This document shows positions 18,476-27,977 of a stretch of DNA of 64,000 nt, piece by piece. The translations under genes and the position numbers were made by a program. The first letter of the stretch is position 1. Every line of letters starts with the position of its first letter. The stretch is taken from the sequence record PP793740.1; one strand, written 5' to 3'. The notes beneath the pieces are model-generated. The model did no database searches. It had not been told where the DNA came from and saw only the letters and a program-made list of their open reading frames with translations.

Positions 18476-19162
18476 TTAATGAATAACTGTTGCAGAAGGA
18501 CGACATTTCATAGTTTTAAAAATGTCAGTAGGATAGATATTACCAGCTTGTCCGAAAGGTTTATCGGCTAGAAGAAACTGCGGACAAACTGTTTGTAGAT
18601 AACCACTATCAGTGGGTAGGAATCCTTCAATATCACTGATGAGAATTTGCCAGATGGGCAATTGGTTATAATAGTCATCCATATTGTAGTATGCGTGGAG
18701 TTTACCACCAAAACCATATACAAATTGACGAGTATCAATTAGGCGAATACCAAATTTAGGTTGGCGTCCCATCCGTTGATCTTCTTCAAATGCACTCAGT
18801 AAATCTGCAATCTCTACGCCACCCGTGATCTGTTTCACTTCTTTTAATTTTTCAAAAATGGCGTAAAAGGTATTTACTGCCGATTCCTTAGTAATGCAGG
18901 CAGTGATCACCAGTTCAGGAAAGAGTGGATCTTCTTTATTACATCCACACGTGTAATAAACAACATTGGAACCAATATCACCTTCTCGTTCAACCACGGC
19001 AAAAGGTTTTTTGGATAGTTTCATTTGCTTTTCAATTAACTGTCTGCTATTCTCACGAATAGATTCATATTCGTGACTGGCCTTAAAAATAGGTGCTTTG
19101 TAATCTATCTCTTTTGGTTCTACTAGATCACTTGCCGATTTGATAACTAATGGATTACTCAT
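18476..19162 (-). CDS. hypothetical protein
   Basis: ORF track. Confidence 0.8.
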   Translation of the reverse strand: MSNPLVIKSASDLVEPKEIDYKAPIFKASHEYESIRENSRQLIEKQMKLSKKPFAVVEREGDIGSNVVYYTCGCNKEDPLFPELVITACITKESAVNTFYAIFEKLKEVKQITGGVEIADLLSAFEEDQRMGRQPKFGIRLIDTRQFVYGFGGKLHAYYNMDDYYNQLPIWQILISDIEGFLPTDSGYLQTVCPQFLLADKPFGQAGNIYPTDIFKTMKCRPSATVIH

Positions 19163-19190
19163 TGTATATTTCCTTTTCTTATATAAGAAA

Positions 19191-19210
19191 AGGGAGGTAT
19201 TACCCTCCCT
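19191..19210 (-). terminator. terminator
   Basis: AGGGAGG-TATTAC-CCTCCCT; TTTT tail on minus strand. Confidence 0.7.
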
Positions 19211-19544
19211 AATTAAGCATTAAATATTTAGGTTCAGTAGTGGCTCGGATCTTAGCAATAAGTGCTTTTTGATCACTAACCTTACTAATGGGATATTCTA
19301 ATAAACGTAAATCCATGTCCCGATGTACTAAACCTAACATTGCCTTATTTTGATGACTATTATTACGTAATGCAGCGATATGTTTATCAACTTCATTACT
19401 AACAGTCTTTGAAAGCCCTACCAAATACTTCCCAGTTGCAATGTGTTCAATAACATAAACACCTGCTCCAACTATTTCGCTTCTTTTCCCACGACCGTGC
19501 GAAGTACTTGACCAACTATAACACTTATCATCAACTATAAACAT
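19209..19544 (-). CDS. GIY-YIG-like domain protein
   Basis: GVYVIEHIATGKYLVGLS...H...L...SHQN. Confidence 0.65.
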   Translation of the reverse strand: MFIVDDKCYSWSSTSHGRGKRSEIVGAGVYVIEHIATGKYLVGLSKTVSNEVDKHIAALRNNSHQNKAMLGLVHRDMDLRLLEYPISKVSDQKALIAKIRATTEPKYLMLN

Positions 19545-19587
19545 GGTTAATTCCCGTCCTATAACTATCTAATTGGACGGTCAAGTA

Positions 19588-19950
19588 TTAGCTACCAGTC
19601 CATGAATACTTATCATAAACTAACCACATTGAATGGATCTTATTGATGATATTGAAAATAGGTTCTTGGACCTCTTCAAAATCACCTAGGTTAGCTGCCA
19701 GATTGGCCATGTATTGGAATAGCCACTCAATTGACACATCCACTAGATTGGTAAATGGGATACTGGCATATGGGATTTGCTTTGACATACCAAACTGATA
19801 AACCTTAGCAAACCATGCATCCAACATTGCAACATCTGCTTTAAGCATCCAATTAATTTCAGCAGGATGTGCGCCATAGGTGATGTTAAATAAATCACCA
19901 GTAACTGTTTTAACAAGCATTTCCACTTCAGTCGCATTAAATTCAATCAT
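19588..19950 (-). CDS. hypothetical protein
   Basis: ORF track. Confidence 0.75.
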   Translation of the reverse strand: MIEFNATEVEMLVKTVTGDLFNITYGAHPAEINWMLKADVAMLDAWFAKVYQFGMSKQIPYASIPFTNLVDVSIEWLFQYMANLAANLGDFEEVQEPIFNIINKIHSMWLVYDKYSWTGS

Positions 19951-19951
19951 C

Positions 19952-20329
19952 TCAACCCACCTTTAGTTTACTGCAATATAGTCTAAACTTAAGAATATCC
20001 TCTACTAAGTTAGACCACAGGGTATACCTATTTCGTGATGCATTTACTTCTTCAATCTTAGCATTTATATTTTGGCGAAGAACTTTGTAATGCTGATACG
20101 CATTAGTCGCATGTTTAGAGAACATGATGATAATATCATCAGGACTTTTATTTAGCACATCAGCTAGTGAATCATCATCATATATTTCAATAAGTGTATT
20201 AACGATACGATGATGAAGATGGGTTAGTAATTGGTAAATATGATATTCGCTACCAATATAATCACCTTTTATAAAAGCTCTTTTACTGTAGAAGATCTGT
20301 GCAGTATCTCTTATGCATTCAAGTTTCAT
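19952..20329 (-). CDS. hypothetical protein
   Basis: ORF track. Confidence 0.75.
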   Translation of the reverse strand: MKLECIRDTAQIFYSKRAFIKGDYIGSEYHIYQLLTHLHHRIVNTLIEIYDDDSLADVLNKSPDDIIIMFSKHATNAYQHYKVLRQNINAKIEEVNASRNRYTLWSNLVEDILKFRLYCSKLKVG

Positions 20330-20538
20330 TGTGCATTAACCTGATGTAGATGAACATAAAATCCATTACTAGGACCACTATTAGATGGATAAACTAACAG
20401 ATGGTCTCCATTAACAGATTCGATTATAACTACAGTACCAGCTTTACATAGTGTAAGATCATAACCGCATTCACCGGTGCTATTAATAATATCTGTATTG
20501 ACTACAACTTTGTCACCGGCTTTAAATGAATTTGACAT
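20326..20538 (-). CDS. small beta-rich protein, SH3-like paralogue family
   Basis: FKAGDKVVVNTDII...KAGTVVIIESV. Confidence 0.7.
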   Translation of the reverse strand: MSNSFKAGDKVVVNTDIINSTGECGYDLTLCKAGTVVIIESVNGDHLLVYPSNSGPSNGFYVHLHQVNAQ

Positions 20539-20546
20539 ATACCACC

Positions 20547-20849
20547 TCAGTTATATGCGTGAAGAATATCATCCATATCTGTACATTGTACAGTTTCAAT
20601 TTGATTATAATTGTCGGCATTTAAAACTCTAAAGCCGCCTTCGGGATTACCCTCATCAACGCCTAATACGGTTAGGTCATCTCCTTCATCGGCAAACTTC
20701 CATTCTAGATAACCATTCTTTTTACAAGTACGCATGATCCAAATATCCTGTGTTGCTTGTAGAATCATACCAACTTGAACTTTATTCTTAGCGATAAGAC
20801 TAATACCATTAGCTAGCGCGTTTGCTAGACAGCTCACTGTTGAACTCAT
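20547..20849 (-). CDS. small beta-rich protein, SH3-like paralogue family
   Basis: VQVGMILQATQDI...EGDDLTVLGV. Confidence 0.7.
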   Translation of the reverse strand: MSSTVSCLANALANGISLIAKNKVQVGMILQATQDIWIMRTCKKNGYLEWKFADEGDDLTVLGVDEGNPEGGFRVLNADNYNQIETVQCTDMDDILHAYN

Positions 20850-20905
20850 TTCTTTTTACCTCTTTACAACTCTTCTCTTCAGTCAGCCATGACTTGTTAA
20901 AGATG

Positions 20906-21058
20906 CTATTTATGATAGGATTGAATTTCGGTGATTCTTTCTTTTTCTGATCGGTATCCATCGATATCACCTATATTGATAATTTTATTAATACCAATTA
21001 GCGTACTACCTAAAACCGCTATAACTAAAAACAATGCTACATATTTCATTCCTTCCAT
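20906..21058 (-). CDS. 50-aa membrane peptide (not in ORF track)
   Basis: hand translation MEGMKYVALFLVIAVLGSTLIGINK...SYHK; GAGG RBS. Confidence 0.65.
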   Translation of the reverse strand: MEGMKYVALFLVIAVLGSTLIGINKIINIGDIDGYRSEKERITEIQSYHK

Positions 21059-21143
21059 TTGTGATACCTCAGATAATATTTATTTTATTTGGCATGGTTG
21101 TTATATAACTTTAAATTTTATTATAATAAACTATTACCCCGTA

Positions 21144-21446
21144 TTAAGGTAATAGTTTATTATATTTATTATAGTTATCGATAACCCATTGGCATGACAT
21201 ATGTTTAGGAGTATCACCTAGTAATTTGGTGTACGTTAGAAAATATATTACTTGGGCTTTGTTAAAGTCCAATCCAGCTTCTTCCCAGATATAACGATAC
21301 TGTTCAGTTTTATCCCCATGTGCAGCAACCAGACCAGCGCATGCATCAATGTATCGATCCTCACCAGAGAAAACAGCACTTATGAATTTATCAGTATTAT
21401 CCAACATATACTGAGTCGATTTGATTACCTTATCATTCATTTTCAT
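21144..21446 (-). CDS. hypothetical protein
   Basis: ORF track. Confidence 0.75.
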   Translation of the reverse strand: MKMNDKVIKSTQYMLDNTDKFISAVFSGEDRYIDACAGLVAAHGDKTEQYRYIWEEAGLDFNKAQVIYFLTYTKLLGDTPKHMSCQWVIDNYNKYNKLLP

Positions 21447-21480
21447 TTGAATATACCTGTTTATATAAAAGGATATAAAA

Positions 21481-21498
21481 GCCTCCCCGAAGGGAGGC
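21481..21498 (-). terminator. terminator
   Basis: GCCTCCC-CGAA-GGGAGGC. Confidence 0.8.
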
Positions 21499-21508
21499 CA
21501 TTATGACG

Positions 21509-21943
21509 TTACATTGTGAAACGAATTGACACACCACAAATAGGACTATTGTCATCTGTCCAAATTTTTGCAGTACCATCATTTTTAATAGTTAAACAAT
21601 AACCCCAACGGAGATTATTTATTTTAGTGGTATAACCACTTTTGAATACAGCCATGTCTTTATAAAGCTGAGGGATAGTTGGCACTACCTTTGACTGCAT
21701 TTTACCAGATAAATCACGATAGTAGAGTTTATCTACAATCACATTATCAAATTTTTTGTAATCACCAAAGACTTCAGATAGATTAAACTCTACCCCATCT
21801 GTTTTCAGTGGGGCTGTCATAAAACTACCTTGCTCAGTTGTAACCATACTGATAGCAACATCATGGTCTAATAGAAATCGAGTTTCACCAATAGTTTTCT
21901 TATATACTGGGAAACTTCCTAGCGGTTGTAGAACACTCATCAT
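21509..21943 (-). CDS. hypothetical protein
   Basis: ORF track; AGGAG RBS. Confidence 0.75.
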   Translation of the reverse strand: MMSVLQPLGSFPVYKKTIGETRFLLDHDVAISMVTTEQGSFMTAPLKTDGVEFNLSEVFGDYKKFDNVIVDKLYYRDLSGKMQSKVVPTIPQLYKDMAVFKSGYTTKINNLRWGYCLTIKNDGTAKIWTDDNSPICGVSIRFTM

Positions 21944-21976
21944 TAACTCCTGATTGACGGTCTATAAAATTGACCA

Positions 21977-22423
21977 TTATAAACCTTTATAGCATTCTAC
22001 GCTAATTTTCTTTATGGTCATATCAAACTCACTATCAACATACTCATTGTCATGATAGTATTCATCTGAATAACCTATGAGTTTTTTCTGGTTATGATAA
22101 TTTAAAAAGAAAATAACACGCATCACAATACAAGCATGTTCGGGATGATTAAGGTATAATTCTTTCTTATTTAGGTCTAAATAAAGTGTTTTTATTTGAA
22201 CTGGTTCATTAGTGAAAACTAGTTTTACAGGGTTATCCAGCTGTATTACTTTGGGTTCACTATTAAAAAATGTATCACCGGGTTCACCTAAGTAATACGT
22301 AATTGATTTAACATAATAGGCTATATCTTCGGTTTTCTCTAACCGGGTTATACAATAGCCGGTTATGACTGAAAGAACAAACAATGATAAAATAACTAAT
22401 ATTATCTCAGTCACATTGACCAC
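21977..22423 (-). CDS. hypothetical membrane-anchored protein
   Basis: N-terminal IILVILSLFVLSVITGY. Confidence 0.7.
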   Translation of the reverse strand: MVNVTEIILVILSLFVLSVITGYCITRLEKTEDIAYYVKSITYYLGEPGDTFFNSEPKVIQLDNPVKLVFTNEPVQIKTLYLDLNKKELYLNHPEHACIVMRVIFFLNYHNQKKLIGYSDEYYHDNEYVDSEFDMTIKKISVECYKGL

Positions 22424-22703
22424 CCATATAAAGTGTTGTTATATCGATACACTGTGAAACAGAATGTTTACGTGGAATAAATATTTCATCGATGGTTAAA
22501 TCATCATCAATGGGTTGAATACTTTCTAATCTACCAAATCCATCACAGTTAAATTTAAGTGCTGGATAACCTTCAATACCCATGCTAACCCAACTATTTT
22601 TATTTTTAGTTACATGGTTGAATTTAAAATTACGCATCTTTCCTAGAAATTCAATTGTCCATGTAGCATCCTTCTGTTTCTTCAAATGGTAATATTTATT
22701 CAT
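22407..22703 (-). CDS. hypothetical protein
   Basis: ORF track. Confidence 0.7.
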   Translation of the reverse strand: MNKYYHLKKQKDATWTIEFLGKMRNFKFNHVTKNKNSWVSMGIEGYPALKFNCDGFGRLESIQPIDDDLTIDEIFIPRKHSVSQCIDITTLYMGGQCD

Positions 22704-22749
22704 TAGTATTCACCATTATTAAGATTAGTTTCATTCTATTAAATAGATA

Positions 22750-22767
22750 GGGGGTCTTTAGACCCCC
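22750..22767 (-). terminator. terminator
   Basis: GGGGGTC-TTTA-GACCCCC. Confidence 0.7.
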
Positions 22768-22781
22768 ATTTTCATAATTAA

Positions 22782-23201
22782 TTAGAATGCAGAAATGGTC
22801 AACTCATTGCACTTAACGGCAGCGAGTTTTTCCCAATTTTCTTCATGTTCCATCAAGCATTCAATTACAACATGCATGGACCATGACTCGCCATCAATAT
22901 TTGCAAATACAAAGAAACCATCATCAAGCTCAGTAATGCCACTAATCAGATTATTTTTGATCAGGTAGACCAATTGATCATTAACGATTTTAACTTCATG
23001 ATCAATGAGATGGCTGGCATATTTGCTAGTGATATCAAACACTTCTTTTGATGAAAGTGATCCATCGCGTTTGACGGCAGTTAGGCTCCAATTAACCAAA
23101 GACGGTGAACACCAATGAAGACCATGCACATTCATCAAAACTGGATGTTTGTTATCCATAGCTTTTACAGAATGAGCCCAGTACTTTTCATCAATATACA
23201 T
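22782..23201 (-). CDS. hypothetical protein
   Basis: ORF track. Confidence 0.75.
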   Translation of the reverse strand: MYIDEKYWAHSVKAMDNKHPVLMNVHGLHWCSPSLVNWSLTAVKRDGSLSSKEVFDITSKYASHLIDHEVKIVNDQLVYLIKNNLISGITELDDGFFVFANIDGESWSMHVVIECLMEHEENWEKLAAVKCNELTISAF

Positions 23202-23227
23202 TTATATTTCCTTTTTTTCCAGATTGA

Positions 23228-23506
23228 TTATTTTATTACAATGCCTTCAGCATTGCGTACTGCTTCTTTAGCAAATTGAACATCTCCAAATACATGCTCA
23301 ATAAACTTTGATGCGTCTGACCCAGCTACATCGCTTGATAGTAGTTTCACAGTCTTGGTAATCTTACCAGGATAATAGAGGATGATATCCCATCCATCAC
23401 TTTCTTTAACAGAGCGAATTTTTAGAATAGGTTCTTCTTTACCAAGGTGTTCAAGACTAACACCACTTTTGACAGCGGCTTCAAATACTACATCAGAGAT
23501 AGACAT
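23228..23506 (-). CDS. hypothetical protein
   Basis: ORF track. Confidence 0.75.
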   Translation of the reverse strand: MSISDVVFEAAVKSGVSLEHLGKEEPILKIRSVKESDGWDIILYYPGKITKTVKLLSSDVAGSDASKFIEHVFGDVQFAKEAVRNAEGIVIK

Positions 23507-23533
23507 ATTAGTTACCTTCTTAAAAGAAAGCGG

Positions 23534-23767
23534 TCATGCGACCGCATCTTTAATCAGCGAGATAATTCGCGCTGATGGTTCGCGCCAAAATTCAATACGT
23601 ACATTATTGAACTGGCTATCGTGATGCATAAAAGCTGACGATTGCTTTGCTGCATCGTGATTCATAATAGAACGTAGCTGGATAATATTTTTGTCTTTGA
23701 GTCGGATACCATCCAGATCAATGACTTTCAGTCCAGAGTTCATAGTTTTTACAGTTACATGTTGCAT
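23534..23767 (-). CDS. hypothetical protein
   Basis: ORF track. Confidence 0.7.
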   Translation of the reverse strand: MQHVTVKTMNSGLKVIDLDGIRLKDKNIIQLRSIMNHDAAKQSSAFMHHDSQFNNVRIEFWREPSARIISLIKDAVA

Positions 23768-23818
23768 TTACAATTTCCTTTTAGTTGGATTAAAAATCTG
23801 TTAAACTTCTTTTATAAG

Positions 23819-24241
23819 TTATTTCGGTTTTGCGATAGCTTTAATGAGTTCCTGTTCAAGTTGCACGAGTTCATCATCTGCGATGTCGCGTGAAACACAC
23901 ATACACCGTCCTGGTCGTTTATACCAAGTAATGCAGACATCACGCCAAATAAGCGCACCTTCATCGATATCATTGAGCCTGAAAGTCTTTAGCTCGTCAG
24001 TGTTAAGAGAAGGACCACCAGGATAAGGATAAAATCTTTCGTAATCAATTCCACTATATTTCATCACTAGGGCATATAGTGGTGGTTGAACCATTTTCCA
24101 ATATGAAGCTAATTTAATATCCTCACTTGGTACAGATGCCCAATACTCTTTTTCTGCTTCATCCATTTCTTCTGGTTTAGGAAGTCCACCAATCAGGCAA
24201 TATGCATGTTCAGCAACTTCAACTAAGCGTGTATTTTTCAT
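23819..24241 (-). CDS. hypothetical protein
   Basis: ORF track. Confidence 0.75.
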   Translation of the reverse strand: MKNTRLVEVAEHAYCLIGGLPKPEEMDEAEKEYWASVPSEDIKLASYWKMVQPPLYALVMKYSGIDYERFYPYPGGPSLNTDELKTFRLNDIDEGALIWRDVCITWYKRPGRCMCVSRDIADDELVQLEQELIKAIAKPK

Positions 24242-24582
24242 AGCTTAATCCTAATCTTTGTAATACCGCAATCGTGCTCACCGAACTCGACTTTTCTCCA
24301 GCCCGCTTCACGCAATCGTGCTTTAACAACCTTCATTACAGATGGAGCAATTTCATCCTTATGTTCGACAACAATTTCATAACTGCGAATAAAATGGAAG
24401 TTGTTGAAACCAGGTAGGTCTTCAAGCATCTTTCTCCGAATACCCGCACAGACTTCATTGGCTTGCCGTTCAACCAACATTGCATGAATTTCATTTTTGG
24501 TCGGAATAGAGCAATTGCCAGTTTCTATTTGAAGAGTTTTGATTGCATTTTCCAAAAGAGATTTTGAAATACCAAGAGTCAT
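24238..24582 (-). CDS. hypothetical protein, probable paralogue of 57709 and 58275
   Basis: IPTKNEI...YEIVV...AGWRKV pattern. Confidence 0.7.
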   Translation of the reverse strand: MTLGISKSLLENAIKTLQIETGNCSIPTKNEIHAMLVERQANEVCAGIRRKMLEDLPGFNNFHFIRSYEIVVEHKDEIAPSVMKVVKARLREAGWRKVEFGEHDCGITKIRIKL

Positions 24583-24635
24583 CGTATCAGTTCCCCGTGA
24601 GTTAAATAAATTTTAATACGCGTTTTGATGGTTTA

Positions 24636-24995
24636 TTATTTACCAATAGATACAATTACCTCTTTTAATTTACCATGGTCATTAATTGCCATCTGACAAG
24701 TGGGGCACGGATACGCATCCAATGGCCTGCCATCAGCACCGACCCGCGCAACATAGATCCTATATCCTTTTCCTTTGGAGAGGATGATAGAACGCAACTC
24801 ACTATGCATCTCACAACGTAGATCAGACAATCCTGCTTTTAGAGAATAACGTTTCTGAACAGGATGTGTTTTACCATACATATTTTGGCTTTCACTAATA
24901 ATCCTGCCACGCTTATCAGTAATGACTGAATAAACACGTTGACGATGTTTTACATAAGGGATCTCGCGACACTTTTCCAAAGCATAATCCAACAT
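24636..24995 (-). CDS. zinc-dependent cytidine/dCMP deaminase-fold protein
   Basis: HSE and PCPTC zinc motifs; start moved to MLDYA, downstream of promoter motif. Confidence 0.75.
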   Translation of the reverse strand: MLDYALEKCREIPYVKHRQRVYSVITDKRGRIISESQNMYGKTHPVQKRYSLKAGLSDLRCEMHSELRSIILSKGKGYRIYVARVGADGRPLDAYPCPTCQMAINDHGKLKEVIVSIGK

Positions 24996-25037
24996 AATTG
25001 ATTTACCTATTTGAAATTTAGATAGTTTTATCACATT

Positions 25038-25060
25038 TGTAATATACTGTTTAAAATGCT
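25038..25060 (-). promoter_or_regulatory. phiKZ-type early promoter
   Basis: transcribed strand TTTAAACAGTATATTACA. Confidence 0.75.
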
Positions 25061-25085
25061 TTAAATACAAAAAAATAAAATATAA

Positions 25086-25106
25086 GCCCTCCCGCAATGG
25101 GAGGGC
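25086..25106 (-). terminator. terminator
   Basis: GCCCTCCC-GCAAT-GGGAGGGC, identical to 63583-63603. Confidence 0.8.
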
Positions 25107-25119
25107 AATATAATAACTA

Positions 25120-25554
25120 TTACAATTTATTCGCCATTTTACCTGGTACTATAACCCAGTGTAAATTACATTTAATGTGTTTATTTTTAAGAGACATTCC
25201 TGAGATACACACATCCTCTTTGGTTATGCTAATTTTAAATAAAGCTTCCCATTTATTAGCTGTGATGATTTCATCAACAGTGTGATGGAATTTAAGTGTG
25301 TTATCTAATACTGAAATATAAAAGTCTTTATTGGGTTGACCTTTAGTTAAATCAATTATTAACCTATTATTTAATTTAGGTGAAAAAGTTGTTAATGTAC
25401 CATCTTCATTATTTTCAGATATATAAGAGCAACCAGTAACAATGAAGACATTATCATTTACACTATTGGCATAAATTATTTTTGGGTGTTTAAAAATATT
25501 AATTAGATAAACAATAATTGCTGACAGGATTAGTGCAATTACTATATCAGCCAT
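25120..25554 (-). CDS. hypothetical membrane-anchored protein
   Basis: N-terminal IVIALILSAIIVYLINIF. Confidence 0.7.
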   Translation of the reverse strand: MADIVIALILSAIIVYLINIFKHPKIIYANSVNDNVFIVTGCSYISENNEDGTLTTFSPKLNNRLIIDLTKGQPNKDFYISVLDNTLKFHHTVDEIITANKWEALFKISITKEDVCISGMSLKNKHIKCNLHWVIVPGKMANKL

Positions 25555-25556
25555 TA

Positions 25557-25931
25557 TTAACCCCTATTAACAAAGATAAAATAATCTCGTAGTTCACCAG
25601 CTAAATCTAATGGTTGATAATTATCACTACCATCATCATAAGGGATATAATCAGCACCTGCTTCTACAGCCGCTAAATATTCTTCCTCACCAACTGCTGG
25701 AATTAAATGAAACGCTGGGCAATCGTCATTATTGCCATCTAGTATATCTAGCATGCCTGTAATGACACTATCTGCTACAGCCCTGTCCCGATCAGCTGGC
25801 TCTGTAAATTGATCAAGTTTAGAGTTATTGATAGCATTATCACGCATATTGACAACACTACTAATAAATAGTTCTTTAACTTGTTCCTGTGTTACAGGTT
25901 TAACATTACCATCGCCTTCAAAATAGATCAT
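25557..25931 (-). CDS. hypothetical protein, LDG paralogue family
   Basis: MLDILDGNNDDCPAFHLIP. Confidence 0.75.
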   Translation of the reverse strand: MIYFEGDGNVKPVTQEQVKELFISSVVNMRDNAINNSKLDQFTEPADRDRAVADSVITGMLDILDGNNDDCPAFHLIPAVGEEEYLAAVEAGADYIPYDDGSDNYQPLDLAGELRDYFIFVNRG

Positions 25932-25975
25932 AATTACATACCTTGTTATCAGTAGCTTATAAATTTATTAGTTCA

Positions 25976-26662
25976 TTAACGCATTATTCGACTGATATCA
26001 TCAGCTATTTGTGATTGTATCTTTTCCGCTTTTTCTTTAGCTTTTTCTACTAACATAGCAAGTTGCTCTTGCGTAAAATTACCCGAGTAATACTTAACAG
26101 GTTTCTCACCTGCTAAACTAAGGAAATGGTTCAATAGTGCATGTGGTCCTTTGAAAGGTTCCGTAAATGTCTTAGAAACTTGATAACGTAGATTACCAGA
26201 AATATCAACTGCATCACACTTTGCACGGATATTATCTTTTAAATTTTCAACTGGGTTTACTGGCCAATAATTCTCACCAATACTTATTAGGTAGTCAATA
26301 TCCTCTTGAGTAACATTAGGTATAAGTTTGAATCCGGGTATATTTGGATCATTGCCATCTAGGCCAGCTGCGATGCTATATATAAATCCATCAAGCATAT
26401 CTCTGATAGATAGTGCCTTATCTGTATTTTGAGTATCGGTATACTGTTTATGCCAGTAATTACGTGTGCTTTGAAGCCAATTTACAAAGAGAGAAGTTTG
26501 TTCCTCTTTTGTATATTCTCTCGGATCATCTACTTTCTCCCATTCTTTTTGTTTATTTATCTTAGGAGTCTTAGTTTTCTTTACAGGTTGTTCAATCGGT
26601 GAATCTGAAACCTTTGTTTCAAATCCTATACCAACTATAGTTTTATCGGTTGTATTGATCAT
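25976..26662 (-). CDS. hypothetical protein, LDG paralogue family
   Basis: IAAGLDGNDPNIPGFKLIP. Confidence 0.75.
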   Translation of the reverse strand: MINTTDKTIVGIGFETKVSDSPIEQPVKKTKTPKINKQKEWEKVDDPREYTKEEQTSLFVNWLQSTRNYWHKQYTDTQNTDKALSIRDMLDGFIYSIAAGLDGNDPNIPGFKLIPNVTQEDIDYLISIGENYWPVNPVENLKDNIRAKCDAVDISGNLRYQVSKTFTEPFKGPHALLNHFLSLAGEKPVKYYSGNFTQEQLAMLVEKAKEKAEKIQSQIADDISRIMR

Positions 26663-26889
26663 AGAACATGAAACCTTTGTATATAGTTTGGTTTTATGCG
26701 TTTAGTAAATTGCGCTGAATGCTCAATGTAATAAATGCATTTATCATTAAGTGAATACACTGTATAATAGGTTTTAGCACATATATGTCGTATGCCAATA
26801 GTAACACATATTTCCCAACCGATCTTTGTAAATACATAACCTAACTGATTAGGCTCTATTTCTAAACATCTTTTGTCGAAGTTAACCAT
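26659..26889 (-). CDS. hypothetical protein
   Basis: ORF track. Confidence 0.65.
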   Translation of the reverse strand: MVNFDKRCLEIEPNQLGYVFTKIGWEICVTIGIRHICAKTYYTVYSLNDKCIYYIEHSAQFTKRIKPNYIQRFHVL

Positions 26890-27329
26890 TGTGGCTTCCT
26901 CGGAATAGTTCGCAAGTACTGAACAATAAGTCGCGCGAATTCATCCATATCGTCTTCAACTAGAATTAACTCATCCAATGTATACCAGCCATCATCAGTT
27001 GTTTCAATTAGATTAGAATCATCTTTGATTTCTCTATCTAAGATGGCGTATAATCTAGTTGGTCCAAAATCAGGCTCTTCTATAACCCCAAGATGTATCA
27101 AAGAATTTCTATTATTAGTATCATCTGTGATAGTTGGCTGAACACTAATATTGGAAGTTTCCTCTGGGAAGTTATAACTATCTAAAATAGCAAAATCAGT
27201 TAATTGTCTAATAGCCTTTCTAGTGAAATCATAAACCTTCACTATGGGATGAATCACATAGGTTAGTTTATCATTAACTAAACGTTGCCTTAAATTAATA
27301 AATGCGCAGTTATTCATCGACATACTCAT
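26862..27329 (-). CDS. hypothetical protein, possible degenerate NUDIX fold
   Basis: IHLGVI...GWYTLDEL...; no Nudix box. Confidence 0.6.
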   Translation of the reverse strand: MSMSMNNCAFINLRQRLVNDKLTYVIHPIVKVYDFTRKAIRQLTDFAILDSYNFPEETSNISVQPTITDDTNNRNSLIHLGVIEEPDFGPTRLYAILDREIKDDSNLIETTDDGWYTLDELILVEDDMDEFARLIVQYLRTIPRKPQWLTSTKDV

Positions 27330-27684
27330 GTACCATTTTAATAGTTTTCAAAAATACTTCTTGATTATTACTATCATCTGCTTTTAGAATAACAGGATGA
27401 CACATAAATTCATTTTCCAATGATACTCGATAATATTCATTAATTGTCTGAATGAAATCAAGCGGGGGATAAATAATAATATCCTTATCTGTTTCGGCGT
27501 AATTAACTACATTTGGTTCATGTTTAAATTTGGATTTATTTAATTTATAAACAAAGTATTTTATATCATTTTTATCTACTTGTGATACAAATACAATTCG
27601 TTCATACATTGATAAATCAATATCTTTACCAATATTGATAGACAGTGGCATACCAATAAATGAGCGTTTAATATTTTCATTCAT
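27310..27684 (-). CDS. hypothetical protein
   Basis: first gene after promoter motif. Confidence 0.75.
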   Translation of the reverse strand: MNENIKRSFIGMPLSINIGKDIDLSMYERIVFVSQVDKNDIKYFVYKLNKSKFKHEPNVVNYAETDKDIIIYPPLDFIQTINEYYRVSLENEFMCHPVILKADDSNNQEVFLKTIKMVHEYVDE

Positions 27685-27722
27685 TTTTTAATTACCTATT
27701 TAATAGTTTAATGTTGTATTAG

Positions 27723-27755
27723 TGTAATATAGATTTCAAAAAAAATTTAATGTAA
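27723..27755 (-). promoter_or_regulatory. phiKZ-type early promoter cassette
   Basis: transcribed strand TTTGAAATCTATATTACA; 33 bp identical to 43189-43221. Confidence 0.8.
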
Positions 27756-27757
27756 AA

Positions 27758-27779
27758 GCCCTCTCCTTTGGGAGAGGGT
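27758..27779 (-). terminator. terminator
   Basis: GCCCTCTCC-TTTG-GGAGAGGGT. Confidence 0.75.
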
Positions 27780-27787
27780 TTATGACT

Positions 27788-27895
27788 TTATTTATATTTT
27801 TTCTTATGAGTGTGGTAAATATAGCTAAATAGCATACCGATTGACATTGATACAGCTACCATACCCACATAGAAAAGTTCATTACTAAGTTGCAT
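27788..27895 (-). CDS. 35-aa membrane peptide (not in ORF track)
   Basis: hand translation [35 protein letters not shown]; GAGGA RBS. Confidence 0.65.
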   Translation of the reverse strand: MQLSNELFYVGMVAVSMSIGMLFSYIYHTHKKKYK

Positions 27896-27931
27896 TAGAT
27901 TTCCTCAAATAGTTTAATTTATCCCACCTAG

Positions 27932-27975
27932 TTTTAACCGTCCAGTCGGTTAAAAAGAGGACCCGAAGGTCCTCT
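27932..27975 (-). terminator. tandem hairpins / terminator
   Basis: TTTTAACCG-TCCAGT-CGGTTAAAA immediately followed by AGAGGACC-CGAA-GGTCCTCT. Confidence 0.7.
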
Positions 27976-27977
27976 AA

